From the NCBI GenBank assembly GCA_000431795.1, contig FR887368.1, positions 90,291 through 154,290 of the forward strand: a stretch of DNA of 64,000 nucleotides. The letters run 5' to 3'. The notes under the pieces were generated by a model. The model ran no database searches, was not told the DNA's origin, and saw nothing but the letters and a program-made list of their open reading frames with translations. Position numbers and translations under genes: made by a program. Below are positions 37,287-46,351 of the stretch, piece after piece. This stretch comes from Clostridium sp. CAG:302. GTDB taxonomy: Bacteria; Bacillota_I; Bacilli_A; RF39; UBA660. Within the stretch, counting starts at the first letter, position 1; every line of letters starts with the position of its first letter.

Positions 37287-38468
37287 TTATATAGTTTCTT
37301 TTCTACTTTTGAAATAGTATACTGAGTATGTTAATGCTCCAATACCTGCAGTCCAAGCGATGAATATTAATATATCACCTGTTTTACTATTTTTATCTAC
37401 ATCTTCATTAGTTTTATCGCCTATTTTACTCCAGTAAGCATATAAACTAATATCTGATGTTACTTCTTTAGTAAAGTCATATTCTTTTCCATTTTCTTTT
37501 TTGTCATACCATCCATCAAATGTATAACCTTCTCTCGTTGGATCTTCAGGTTTTACTACTTTATCACCTTTATTAACCACTTTAGTACTTTTTTCAGTTG
37601 TACCATCGTTTGTATAGAAAGTTATTGTATACTTTGTTTCTTCTTCATTTAATTCTTTTTCGTATTGAGCATATAATGTAACACTTGCTTCTGTTGTATA
37701 TTTAGATCCAGCATTATACGAAGTTCCTGTTCCGTCTTTTTTTGTATTCCAATTTACAAATTTATAACCTTCTTTTGTTGGCACAGTTGTACTTAATACC
37801 AATTCTTTACCTTTTGTCTTAGTTTGATTAGATGGTGCTCCAGTACCACCATTAGCATCATATTTTACTGTATATGTAATAGTATTTTCTTTATATTGAG
37901 CATATAAAGTAACATCACTATCTGTTGTATATGAAGCACCTATATCATACTTTGTTCCTGTTCCATCTTTCTTTGTATTCCAACTTGTAAATGTATAACC
38001 TGTTTTAGTAGGTTTTGCAGTACTAATAGTTAAAGATTCTCCTTGTTTTTTTGTTTGATTACTAGGTGCGCCAGTTCCTCCATTAGCATCATATTTTACT
38101 GTGTAAGTAGTAGGTGTTGGGTTTTCTCCTCCACCAGTTTCTCCGCCTGAAGAACTACAATTCCAATTTGCATAAAAACTTTGATTACCATTAGTTCCAA
38201 AATATTGTCTGTAAACTGTTCCTGTAGGACTACCATCATGCCATCCATCTGCAGTACATCCTGACTTAGTTAATGTTGGTATCCCCATTTGGCTATAATA
38301 GTTTGTTGCACCGCTATAAATTGTTTTAGACCATGTTGTTGAACCATCACTGAATGTTCCACCATTAGCATAGAATGTTGCCGTATAAGTAGTTGTTGTT
38401 GGAGCTACGCAATTTGCAGCTGATGTAATTGTACTTGATTTATACCAACTACCTGAAGAACAAGATGT
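37287..38468 (-). pseudogene. 5'-truncated surface protein with Listeria-Bacteroides (Flg_new) repeats and a C-terminal membrane anchor
   Basis: Three YTVKYDANGGTGAPSNQTK...GY.F..W repeats. The frame is open with no possible start from 38468 to the first ATG at 38288, and there is no signal peptide. The upstream boundary coincides with repeat copy D. Confidence 0.6.
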
Positions 38469-38556
38469 TCAAGTACCATAGCGGGGGAAAATATAACTAT
38501 TTTTTTTATATCTCTGTAAAACCTTTATTTATAAGTGTTTATAAGATTTTTATATA
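38467..38556 (-). repeat. ~90-bp repeat, copy D (homologous to 27590..27679)
   Basis: See copy C. In D the position of the TTGACT box is occupied by CCCCCGC. Confidence 0.7.
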
Positions 38557-38687
38557 CAATACAAATGTATGTTAATATAATTGTACTAAAAAAATAATGG
38601 CTTAAATAACCATTATTTTAAACATAGCAATATATTAATTATTAATAATTAACTTTTTTATATCTAAATAGTTAAAAGAAAATAACT

Positions 38688-40076
38688 TTAGTTCAAGTTA
38701 CTTTCTAATATTTCTTTAAACTTAACACAGTCATCTATACTATAATTATTAATTAAACTCATAGTTACTGCATCATCTATACTTATATTATTCTTGTTAG
38801 AATTATTTTTTATTTCTTTTAACATTTCTACTATCTTCTTATAATCATTTAAAGAATATGATTCATCATTAATAGTATCTATTACTTTAGATGTTTCTTT
38901 TATTTCATCATCTTGTTTTATTAAATCATTAAGTGAAATAGTATTACTAATAAGATTCTTTTCCATATTTTCTTTCTTTATCTTTAATGTTTTATCTTCT
39001 ACTGTATCTAAATTAATATTTAAAGTATCATTATTAATAATATCTTTTGCTTTAATAATATTAACTTTAATTTCTGGTACTTTTTCTATTTTTTCTATTT
39101 TAACTTTAGGTACCTCTTCTACTCCTCTAACTTCAGGTACCTTCTCTATAATTGGTTTTACTTTTTTGATAGTATCTTTTTCTAATTCTAACTTTAAGTT
39201 ATTATAATTACCTTCATATATTTCTTGAGGATTAGTAATATTATAATTTTGATTATTTATTTCATTATCATAATATGTTACTGGTACTAAACCATTTAAT
39301 ATATCATTAAATGTTACTCTATCATTAGTTTCTATATTTATATCAGTAGGTATTTCTTCTTTAGTTTGAATAACTTCAGGTATCTTAGTAACATCTTCAT
39401 TAAATACAATTTTTTCTTTCGGTAATAACTCTTTAGTAGTAGATATCTCTTCAGTAACTGGTTCTATATCTTTAATAGTTACTTCTTCTTTAACTGTCTT
39501 TTTAGAAGTTATTTTATCACATATAGTATTGGTTATATAAACTACACTTAAGGCAGTTACCCAAAGTATAAATAATCCCATATTTAATTCTAATATAGCC
39601 ACTAAAGAATTATTGGTGTATAGTGATGACATTTCAAATACATTTATACTATTTTTAGCTATAATATTTAATATTATAACAAAGAAAATATTATTTATAA
39701 TAAAAGTTATACTATTAATTATTTTATATATTTTCTTCTTATTAGAACTTAATATACTAGTAATAAAAGCTAATGATATTATTAATAATACACTTATATA
39801 AATATATATAGATGGAAAATAAATACCATTAAAAAATATTGTTGTAAAATTATCAAAAGTATTAAATAGTACTTTATGATTTCTTATAATACTAATTATA
39901 AAGGTTAAAATCATTGATAAACTCATAAATATTACATACTTTTTATTACTTAACTTTTTACAAGTAAATAATATTGTTAAAATAAGCATTAAAATTACTA
40001 GTACAAATATAAACTTAAATGACATTAAGGTATCAAATAATATCTTAAACTTTTCTAATATTGATAAGTATTTCAT
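38688..40076 (-). CDS. polytopic membrane protein with a long Glu/Lys/Val/Pro-repeat C-terminal region, unknown function
   Basis: About 6 N-terminal TM helices, then EKVPEVRGVEEVPKVKIEKIEKVPEIKV-type repeats. Followed by the terminator AATAATGG..CCATTATT plus a U-run. Confidence 0.5.
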   Translation of the reverse strand: MKYLSILEKFKILFDTLMSFKFIFVLVILMLILTILFTCKKLSNKKYVIFMSLSMILTFIISIIRNHKVLFNTFDNFTTIFFNGIYFPSIYIYISVLLIISLAFITSILSSNKKKIYKIINSITFIINNIFFVIILNIIAKNSINVFEMSSLYTNNSLVAILELNMGLFILWVTALSVVYITNTICDKITSKKTVKEEVTIKDIEPVTEEISTTKELLPKEKIVFNEDVTKIPEVIQTKEEIPTDINIETNDRVTFNDILNGLVPVTYYDNEINNQNYNITNPQEIYEGNYNNLKLELEKDTIKKVKPIIEKVPEVRGVEEVPKVKIEKIEKVPEIKVNIIKAKDIINNDTLNINLDTVEDKTLKIKKENMEKNLISNTISLNDLIKQDDEIKETSKVIDTINDESYSLNDYKKIVEMLKEIKNNSNKNNISIDDAVTMSLINNYSIDDCVKFKEILESNLN

Positions 40077-40098
40077 ATCATCACCCCTTCCTTTTTTA

Positions 40099-40725
40099 TT
40101 ATATTAATTCTGCTATATATATAGTTTGATGATAATTATCACCATTGGTACAAGTAATTAAAGTTAAACTTGTTTTATTTCTATTTCTTAATATTCTTAC
40201 TATACCTGTCTTTTTTTCATTGTATATTTTAGTTATCTTATATATATAATCTTTTCCCTGATAATGAACTGTTACAGTATCATCTATACTTAGTTTATAT
40301 AAATCATTAAAATAACTATTGCTATAATTACCTGAATGTCCGGCAATTATTAAATTACCATTTACTACATCAGGATAATCTGACTCTTTTAAAACAAACA
40401 AATTAAATTGAACATTATTTAAACTTGATGTTTTACTATAAAAGCCTTTATAAAAGTTTATCTTTGGAATATCTAATACTCCTAAATATTCTTCATAAAT
40501 ATAATTATTATTATCTTCTTTTACTTCTTCAGTAGGTTCTTCTACTGCTGGTTCTTCTTCAACATTTTCTATATCTCTAGTATTTATCTCTGATAAAACT
40601 AAATTCATTTCGCTAAATACAACATCCCTTTTTTCTTTTATATAGTTTGAAAGTAAAAGCGGGATTCCGCTTATTATTAGTATTACTCCCGCTGCTACTT
40701 GAAATTTTAAATTATTTTTCTTCAT
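40099..40725 (-). CDS. sortase (transpeptidase) with N-terminal membrane anchor
   Basis: IIAGHSGN, TLITC catalytic cysteine motif, and a downstream conserved basic region. The start overlaps the adhesin gene end by 14 nt. Confidence 0.8.
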   Translation of the reverse strand: MKKNNLKFQVAAGVILIISGIPLLLSNYIKEKRDVVFSEMNLVLSEINTRDIENVEEEPAVEEPTEEVKEDNNNYIYEEYLGVLDIPKINFYKGFYSKTSSLNNVQFNLFVLKESDYPDVVNGNLIIAGHSGNYSNSYFNDLYKLSIDDTVTVHYQGKDYIYKITKIYNEKKTGIVRILRNRNKTSLTLITCTNGDNYHQTIYIAELI

Positions 40726-42271
40726 TCTTTTTATAATTTCTGTATATCATAAATGATCCAAGACCAATAATGATAACACCTATTAAGGATGCTGTTATAG
40801 TTTTAAATGATGAAGTATTTGGAACTTCAATTGTTTCAGGTTTATTATACATAATAATTTCTCCATCAACTGTTCCATCTTCTTTTACAACAAATGTAAC
40901 TGTTTCAGTAGATAATTCATATCCTTCTGGAGCAATCATCTCACTTAATGTATATTTACCTGGTTTTAATCCATCTTTAATTATAAATGGTTCATTAGTT
41001 GATACCCAAGCATATATAACTTCTCCAGTTTCATCTTTTAATTCAAGATGTGCTCCTGGTAACTCTTCACCTGTAGTAATATCTCTCTTACTAATGCTTA
41101 CTGGTATAGGTTTATCTTCAAGATAGTTCTTCATAACTACCTTAGTTACTGTACCATCATTTTTTACTTCAAAAGTAATAGTTTCAGTACTTAATACGTA
41201 TCCTTCTGGAGCAATAGTCTCAGTTAAAGTATATTTACCGGGATTTAATCCTTTAATAACATATACTTCTTCAGTAGATGTCCATTCTTTTATTACTTTA
41301 CCATTGGCATCTTTAACTACTAAATGTGCTCCTGGTAATTCCTTATTAGTAGTAGCATCTATTTTACTAATTTGTACTTCAGTTACTATATTTAACTTTA
41401 ATTCTAAACTAGTATTAATATTCTTATAATCATAATATAATCCAGATGTACCTTGATATCTTGAATCACTTGGTTTATATTCATATACTTTAGCAATACC
41501 ACCTTCAGCAGCAGCATTTACTTTAAAGTTTAATGTTGTACCTTTAATACTAGATACTGGTACTTTTACTATAAATTTTTCATTTTTACTAAATGTATTT
41601 TGTTCTTTACCATTAACATTAGTAATTATTGTTCCACTAGGTGCTCCTTCTAAAGAAACAGTATAACTATCTTTAACATTACCAGTAGTAGTTATACCAA
41701 GATTTGAACTAACATAGTATTTACCATCACTAGATAATGTTAAATTAGTATTTCCATTTAACTTAATAGTAGGTTCTGCTTGTTTATAGTTATTAGCACC
41801 ATTTACAAGTTTTGCCATTTCTCTTACAATGTCAGAATCTTTACCACGATACGTTCCTTTTTCTAAATCAAAATGTTGAAATGAATAATCATTAGGATTT
41901 ATTAAGTACCATACAGCTAATCCTGTAGTTAAATAATCTTTATCTGCATTACCAAATATTGTTTTATTTGGATAACCATTTTGGAAAAGATATACAATTC
42001 TTTGATCCATCTCACCAATTAAATAATATTTTGCTCTACCAGTATAAAACGTTTTACTTCTTTCAGTACAATAAACAATTTGTCCATCAGTAGTTTTCTT
42101 AAATTCCATATTTATTGTACTATTACTCAAATAATATGAAACATCAATTTTATGTAGATTAGAACCATCTAACTCATAATAACTAGGAGCAGTAGTTTCA
42201 GCTTTTGCAGTAACAGCAAAAAAACTTAAAACAATTGCCACCAAACTAAATAAAATATTTTTTAATTTCAT
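40712..42271 (-). CDS. cell-wall-anchored adhesin/pilin: thioester-type (TQXA-like) N-domain plus two SpaA/CnaB-type domains and a sorting signal
   Basis: Signal peptide; IVYCTERSKTF...NGYPNK...DYLTTGLAVWYL; two repeats of KIDATTNKELPGAHL...LKPGKYTL.E..APEGY; C-terminal VPNTSS plus a hydrophobic stretch plus YRNYKKNEEK. Confidence 0.75.
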   Translation of the reverse strand: MKLKNILFSLVAIVLSFFAVTAKAETTAPSYYELDGSNLHKIDVSYYLSNSTINMEFKKTTDGQIVYCTERSKTFYTGRAKYYLIGEMDQRIVYLFQNGYPNKTIFGNADKDYLTTGLAVWYLINPNDYSFQHFDLEKGTYRGKDSDIVREMAKLVNGANNYKQAEPTIKLNGNTNLTLSSDGKYYVSSNLGITTTGNVKDSYTVSLEGAPSGTIITNVNGKEQNTFSKNEKFIVKVPVSSIKGTTLNFKVNAAAEGGIAKVYEYKPSDSRYQGTSGLYYDYKNINTSLELKLNIVTEVQISKIDATTNKELPGAHLVVKDANGKVIKEWTSTEEVYVIKGLNPGKYTLTETIAPEGYVLSTETITFEVKNDGTVTKVVMKNYLEDKPIPVSISKRDITTGEELPGAHLELKDETGEVIYAWVSTNEPFIIKDGLKPGKYTLSEMIAPEGYELSTETVTFVVKEDGTVDGEIIMYNKPETIEVPNTSSFKTITASLIGVIIIGLGSFMIYRNYKKNEEK

Positions 42272-42301
42272 AACAAAAACCTCCCTTTGAAATTGCTTTA
42301 T

Positions 42302-42330
42302 ATGATAACACTTTTTATACCATTTGTCAA
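42302..42330 (-). promoter_or_regulatory. sigma-A promoter of the adhesin-sortase operon
   Basis: TTGACA - 17 nt - TATCAT on the minus strand. Confidence 0.6.
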
Positions 42331-42354
42331 TATCATGACATTTTTTATATATAG

Positions 42355-42378
42355 AAAAAATCTAGAACTAATTCTAGA
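42355..42378 (-). terminator. terminator downstream of tRNA-Arg
   Basis: TCTAGAA-TTAG-TTCTAGA followed by TTTTTT on the minus strand. Confidence 0.7.
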
Positions 42379-42404
42379 CTTCTATACATAATCTATACAT
42401 AAAA

Positions 42405-42481
42405 TGGCGTCCTCGGACAGAATCGAACTGTCGACCTATTGCTTAGGAGGCAATCGCTCTATCCTACTGAGCTACGAGGAC
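42405..42481 (-). tRNA. tRNA-Arg (anticodon CCT), CCA encoded
   Basis: I folded it by hand: acceptor GTCCTCG/CGAGGAC, D arm GCTC/GAGC, anticodon arm ATTGC-CTCCTAA-GCAAT, T arm GACAG-TTCGATT-CTGTC, discriminator G, CCA. 77 nt. Confidence 0.9.
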
Positions 42482-42551
42482 ACAACATAATTATAGCAGA
42501 TTTTTTAATAAAGTTAAAGAAATTTATTATATATAATAAATAAAATACACT

Positions 42552-42637
42552 CATAAGATAGACTACAGGCTATCTTATGCTTCTTAAGACTTACAGGCTT
42601 AAGAAGAAAGACAAGATAAACTACAGGTTATCTTGTC
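42552..42637 (-). repeat. three tandem hairpins with different stems but nearly the same loop (CCTGTAGT / CCTGTAAGT / CCTGTAGT) downstream of obg
   Basis: 42552..42579 has stem CATAAGATAG/CTATCTTATG. 42580..42606 has stem CTTCTTAAG/CTTAAGAAG. 42610..42637 has stem GACAAGATAA/TTATCTTGTC, and this last one overlaps the obg stop codon. Confidence 0.8.
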
Positions 42638-43899
42638 CATTCAAATTCAAAATCAAGTATTCTAACAGTATCTCCTTCTTCAATACCATTTTTTATAAGT
42701 TCTTCATCAAGGCCCATTTTTCTAAGTTTATTAGAAAATCTTTCATAAGCCTCTTCAGTATTAAAATTAGTCATTCTAAATAATTTTTCAATAGAATCTC
42801 CTCTTACTACAAAGACATCTTTATCTTTAGAAATAGTAAATGGTTTTTCTTTCTTAAATTTATATAGAACATGACTTTCTTGAACATCATCAGTATATAA
42901 TACTTCTCTATCTATTTCTTTTACTAAAGTAGATAATCTATCTATTACTTTATCAAGACCATCATTTATTAAAGCAGTTACTTCATATATATCTTCATTC
43001 CTAATCTTTTCTTTAAACTTCTTTAAATTCTCTTTAGCTTCTTCACCATCCATTTTATTAGCTATAATTATTTCTTTCTTAGTTAATAATTTAGGACTAA
43101 AATCCTCAAGTTCTTTTCTTATAGCAACATAATCTTCATATGGTTCTCTTCCTTCAGTACCTGCCATATCTATAACATGAGCAATAATCTTAGTTCTCTC
43201 TATATGTTTTAAAAACTTATGACCAAGTCCTACACCTTCACTAGCGCCTTCAATTAAACCAGGAAGATCCGCTACTACAAAAGTATTATCTTTTGTTTTT
43301 ACTACTCCTAAATTTGGTGATAAGGTAGTAAAATGATAATCTGCTATTTTAGGATTAGCATTTGATATCATAGATAGAATAGTACTCTTACCTACAGAAG
43401 GCATACCCACTAGGCCAACATCAGCAATCATACGTAGTTCAACTTTAATATTTCTTACTTCGCCAGGTTCTCCCTTTTCAGCATATGATGGACAAGGATT
43501 ACTTCTAGTGGCTAGACTAACATTACCTCTTCCACCCCTTCCACCATAAGCTATCGTAGCCATTTCACCTTGCTTAGTTAAGTCTGCTATTACTACACCA
43601 GTATCGGCATCTTTAACAGTAGTTCCTACTGGTACTTTGATAATAACATCTTCACTATTACTACCAAACTTATTTTTACCTTCACCATTTTCACCATTGT
43701 TACCTTTAATTTTCTTTTGGTATCTTAAATCAATTAGTGTCTTTAGGCCTTCATCAGCTTTAAATATTATATCTGATCCTTTACCCCCATTACCACCGAA
43801 TGGTCCCCCCATTGGTACGCAGGCTTCTCTCCTAAAGGCCATACAGCCATTACCACCAGTACCGGCTTCTACTTTCATTACCACTTCATCGACAAACAT
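42628..43899 (-). CDS. obg: GTPase Obg
   Basis: MFVDEVVMKVEAGTGGNGCMAFRRE, Gly-rich Obg fold, GMPSVGKST, DLPGLIEGA, NKMD, and a C-terminal OCT domain. Confidence 0.95.
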   Translation of the reverse strand: MFVDEVVMKVEAGTGGNGCMAFRREACVPMGGPFGGNGGKGSDIIFKADEGLKTLIDLRYQKKIKGNNGENGEGKNKFGSNSEDVIIKVPVGTTVKDADTGVVIADLTKQGEMATIAYGGRGGRGNVSLATRSNPCPSYAEKGEPGEVRNIKVELRMIADVGLVGMPSVGKSTILSMISNANPKIADYHFTTLSPNLGVVKTKDNTFVVADLPGLIEGASEGVGLGHKFLKHIERTKIIAHVIDMAGTEGREPYEDYVAIRKELEDFSPKLLTKKEIIIANKMDGEEAKENLKKFKEKIRNEDIYEVTALINDGLDKVIDRLSTLVKEIDREVLYTDDVQESHVLYKFKKEKPFTISKDKDVFVVRGDSIEKLFRMTNFNTEEAYERFSNKLRKMGLDEELIKNGIEEGDTVRILDFEFEWTR

Positions 43900-43991
43900 A
43901 TTATCACTATCCTTCGTATTCTACTTTATACTTAACTACTAAATATAATATTATAATTAACATTACATATATTCCTGTTACCCATATTATC

Positions 43992-46313
43992 CTAAGATAA
44001 TTTATTTTTTTCTTTTCCTTTTTTTCTTTCATTTTTTAAATTCCTTACTTTATTCACTATTTTATCGTATAATTCTCTAAAGAAATCTATAACATAAGTA
44101 TCTACAAAGCCAAGAACTAAAATAAAGATGATACTTACTATACCAAATTTTGAGACTAAAAACAAGTCTGGAAGTAAAATTAGTAGTTCAAAAAATGATA
44201 TACTACAGAATATTAAGAGAATTTTACGCCATAAGTTAAGTGGTTTACATATCGTATATAGTAATCTTAGAGTTATTAATCCTGTTAGGGATACTACTAC
44301 CAGTCTATAGTTATTGAAGTCTTGGCCAAAGATACTACAGAACATTATTATTATGAATATATTTAACATTACCATTATTCCATTTGGTAGGGCATTTCTA
44401 AAGACATTTACTATGAAATCTTTACCTACTTTGTTATAGTTTGGTTCTAATGCTAGAAAGAATGATGGTATTCCTACACAAATAGCACTAATTAGTGATA
44501 ACTGAATTGGATAGAATGGATATTCATATGATAATATTATTGATGATAGGGATAGTAATAAGGAGTATGTTGTTTTAATTAGATACATTGAGGCTACTCT
44601 TTCAATATTATTTACTACTCTTCTTCCTTCATTTACTATTTCAGGTAATGTACTAAAATCATTATTAGTTAGAACTACTTCACTAACACTTTTAGCGGCC
44701 CCAACACCACTTCCTAGAGCAATACCACAGTCAGCCTCTTTTAGAGCCAGGATATCATTTACACCATCACCAATCATACTAACAGTATTATTTTCTTTTA
44801 GAGCTTTGATTACTTTTTGTTTATCATTCGGAGTCATTCTACCAAAGATAGTTATTTCTTTGACAATTTTTACTAATTCATCATAATCTTTTGGTAAGTC
44901 TTTACCTTCAATAAATCTATCATAGCCATCAAACTCTAACTGTCTTAAAATATTAGATACAGTAACAGGGTTATCTCCAGATATTATTTTTATTTCAACA
45001 TCCTGCTGCTTGAAATAATTTAAAGTATCTTTAGCACTTGCTCTAACATTATCTTTTAAAATAATAAAGGCATCTACTTTAATATTGGTATTACCACTAG
45101 CAAGAGTAATTATTCTATAGCCCTTTAATATATATTTAGTTAATTCCTCATAGTCAGTTAATTTTTTATCAGTAATATATTCTAAAGCTCCAAGATAGTA
45201 CTTAGTATCATTTATAGTGGTAATACTACACTTTTTACTTGAAGAAAAAGCTGTTCTATCAGTTACATTTAAACTAGTCTTAATACCATATTTTTTCTTT
45301 AGAGCAATATCAGTAGCATTATTTCCTTCTTCAGTATTAATATTAGCTATTATTTCATCTACATTTATCTTATTATTAAGTACTACGGTATCCACTACTT
45401 CCATAGTTCCATCAGTTATGGTACCCGTTTTATCTAGACATAGTACATCAGTACATGATAGTATTTCAATACCATGTAACTTTTGTATTAGAACTTTCTT
45501 TTTAGCCATCTTTAATACACCCGCAGTTAAAGCTATTGAAGTAAGTAAAACTAAGCCTTCAGGCATCATACCTATTATACCCGCTACTGTGGATAGTATA
45601 GCTTCTTTATAGGTTAGCCCACTACGAAAATACTGACTTATAAATAATAGAATACCTACTGGTACAATTAAAAATGTTATTATTTTTAGTATTTTATTAA
45701 TAGTATTTTGTAAGTATGAAGTGTTATCTTTTACTGAGGCAGCATCTTTTACTAAAGAACTAGCATAACTATCTTTGGTTAGGCCTATTACTTTGGCATA
45801 AGCAGTACCACTAGTAACTATTGATCCAGACATTATTTTATCATCTTTCTTTTTCTGAATAGCATTTGATTCACCAGTAATAATACTCTCATCTACCTCA
45901 AGTGAACCACTCTTTATTACTTCAAGGTCAACAAGAATATTATCTCCTGATGATAGATAAAGAGTATCACCTAATACAATTTCTTCTTTTGGTATTTCTT
46001 CCTTTTTGCCATCACGAACTACTGTTACTTTTTCCTGATTAGTAACTCTAATATTATCTAGAGTTCTCTTAGCTTTTAATTCCTGATAGATAGCTATTAT
46101 AGTATTAAATACTGCCGTTCCTATAAAAGTAGCATTTTGTATAGAACCTGTAGTTAGTGTTAAAACCATTAGAGCTATATTTAAAATATTAAATAGCGTT
46201 ATGGTATTAGATAATACTATTTCTTTAGTAGTTCTTGTATATTTTACTTTTTCATCATTGGATAGTCCATTATTCTTCCTATATTCTACTTCTTGTTTAG
46301 TTAAACCTTCCAT
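43992..46313 (-). CDS. cation-translocating P-type ATPase
   Basis: CLDKTGTIT phosphorylation motif, TGES-like ITGES, MIGDGVNDILAL hinge, and about 8-10 TM helices. Confidence 0.85.
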   Translation of the reverse strand: MEGLTKQEVEYRKNNGLSNDEKVKYTRTTKEIVLSNTITLFNILNIALMVLTLTTGSIQNATFIGTAVFNTIIAIYQELKAKRTLDNIRVTNQEKVTVVRDGKKEEIPKEEIVLGDTLYLSSGDNILVDLEVIKSGSLEVDESIITGESNAIQKKKDDKIMSGSIVTSGTAYAKVIGLTKDSYASSLVKDAASVKDNTSYLQNTINKILKIITFLIVPVGILLFISQYFRSGLTYKEAILSTVAGIIGMMPEGLVLLTSIALTAGVLKMAKKKVLIQKLHGIEILSCTDVLCLDKTGTITDGTMEVVDTVVLNNKINVDEIIANINTEEGNNATDIALKKKYGIKTSLNVTDRTAFSSSKKCSITTINDTKYYLGALEYITDKKLTDYEELTKYILKGYRIITLASGNTNIKVDAFIILKDNVRASAKDTLNYFKQQDVEIKIISGDNPVTVSNILRQLEFDGYDRFIEGKDLPKDYDELVKIVKEITIFGRMTPNDKQKVIKALKENNTVSMIGDGVNDILALKEADCGIALGSGVGAAKSVSEVVLTNNDFSTLPEIVNEGRRVVNNIERVASMYLIKTTYSLLLSLSSIILSYEYPFYPIQLSLISAICVGIPSFFLALEPNYNKVGKDFIVNVFRNALPNGIMVMLNIFIIIMFCSIFGQDFNNYRLVVVSLTGLITLRLLYTICKPLNLWRKILLIFCSISFFELLILLPDLFLVSKFGIVSIIFILVLGFVDTYVIDFFRELYDKIVNKVRNLKNERKKGKEKNKLS

Positions 46314-46351
46314 AGTTAGCCTCCTTATAAGTTAAAAGAGCTATATAGCTC

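Noticed and set aside
38289-38468. A possible alternative start codon for the Flg_new protein upstream of 38288.
   Set aside because: I translated the 60 in-frame codons by hand and found no ATG, GTG or TTG. The frame is closed by a TGA at 38469..38471.
27590-38556. An 11-kb mobile element bounded by the direct repeats C and D.
   Set aside because: The interval contains asnS, sufB, yunB and other core-looking genes and no integrase or transposase. The repeats are better explained as dispersed copies of a small element or a recombination scar.
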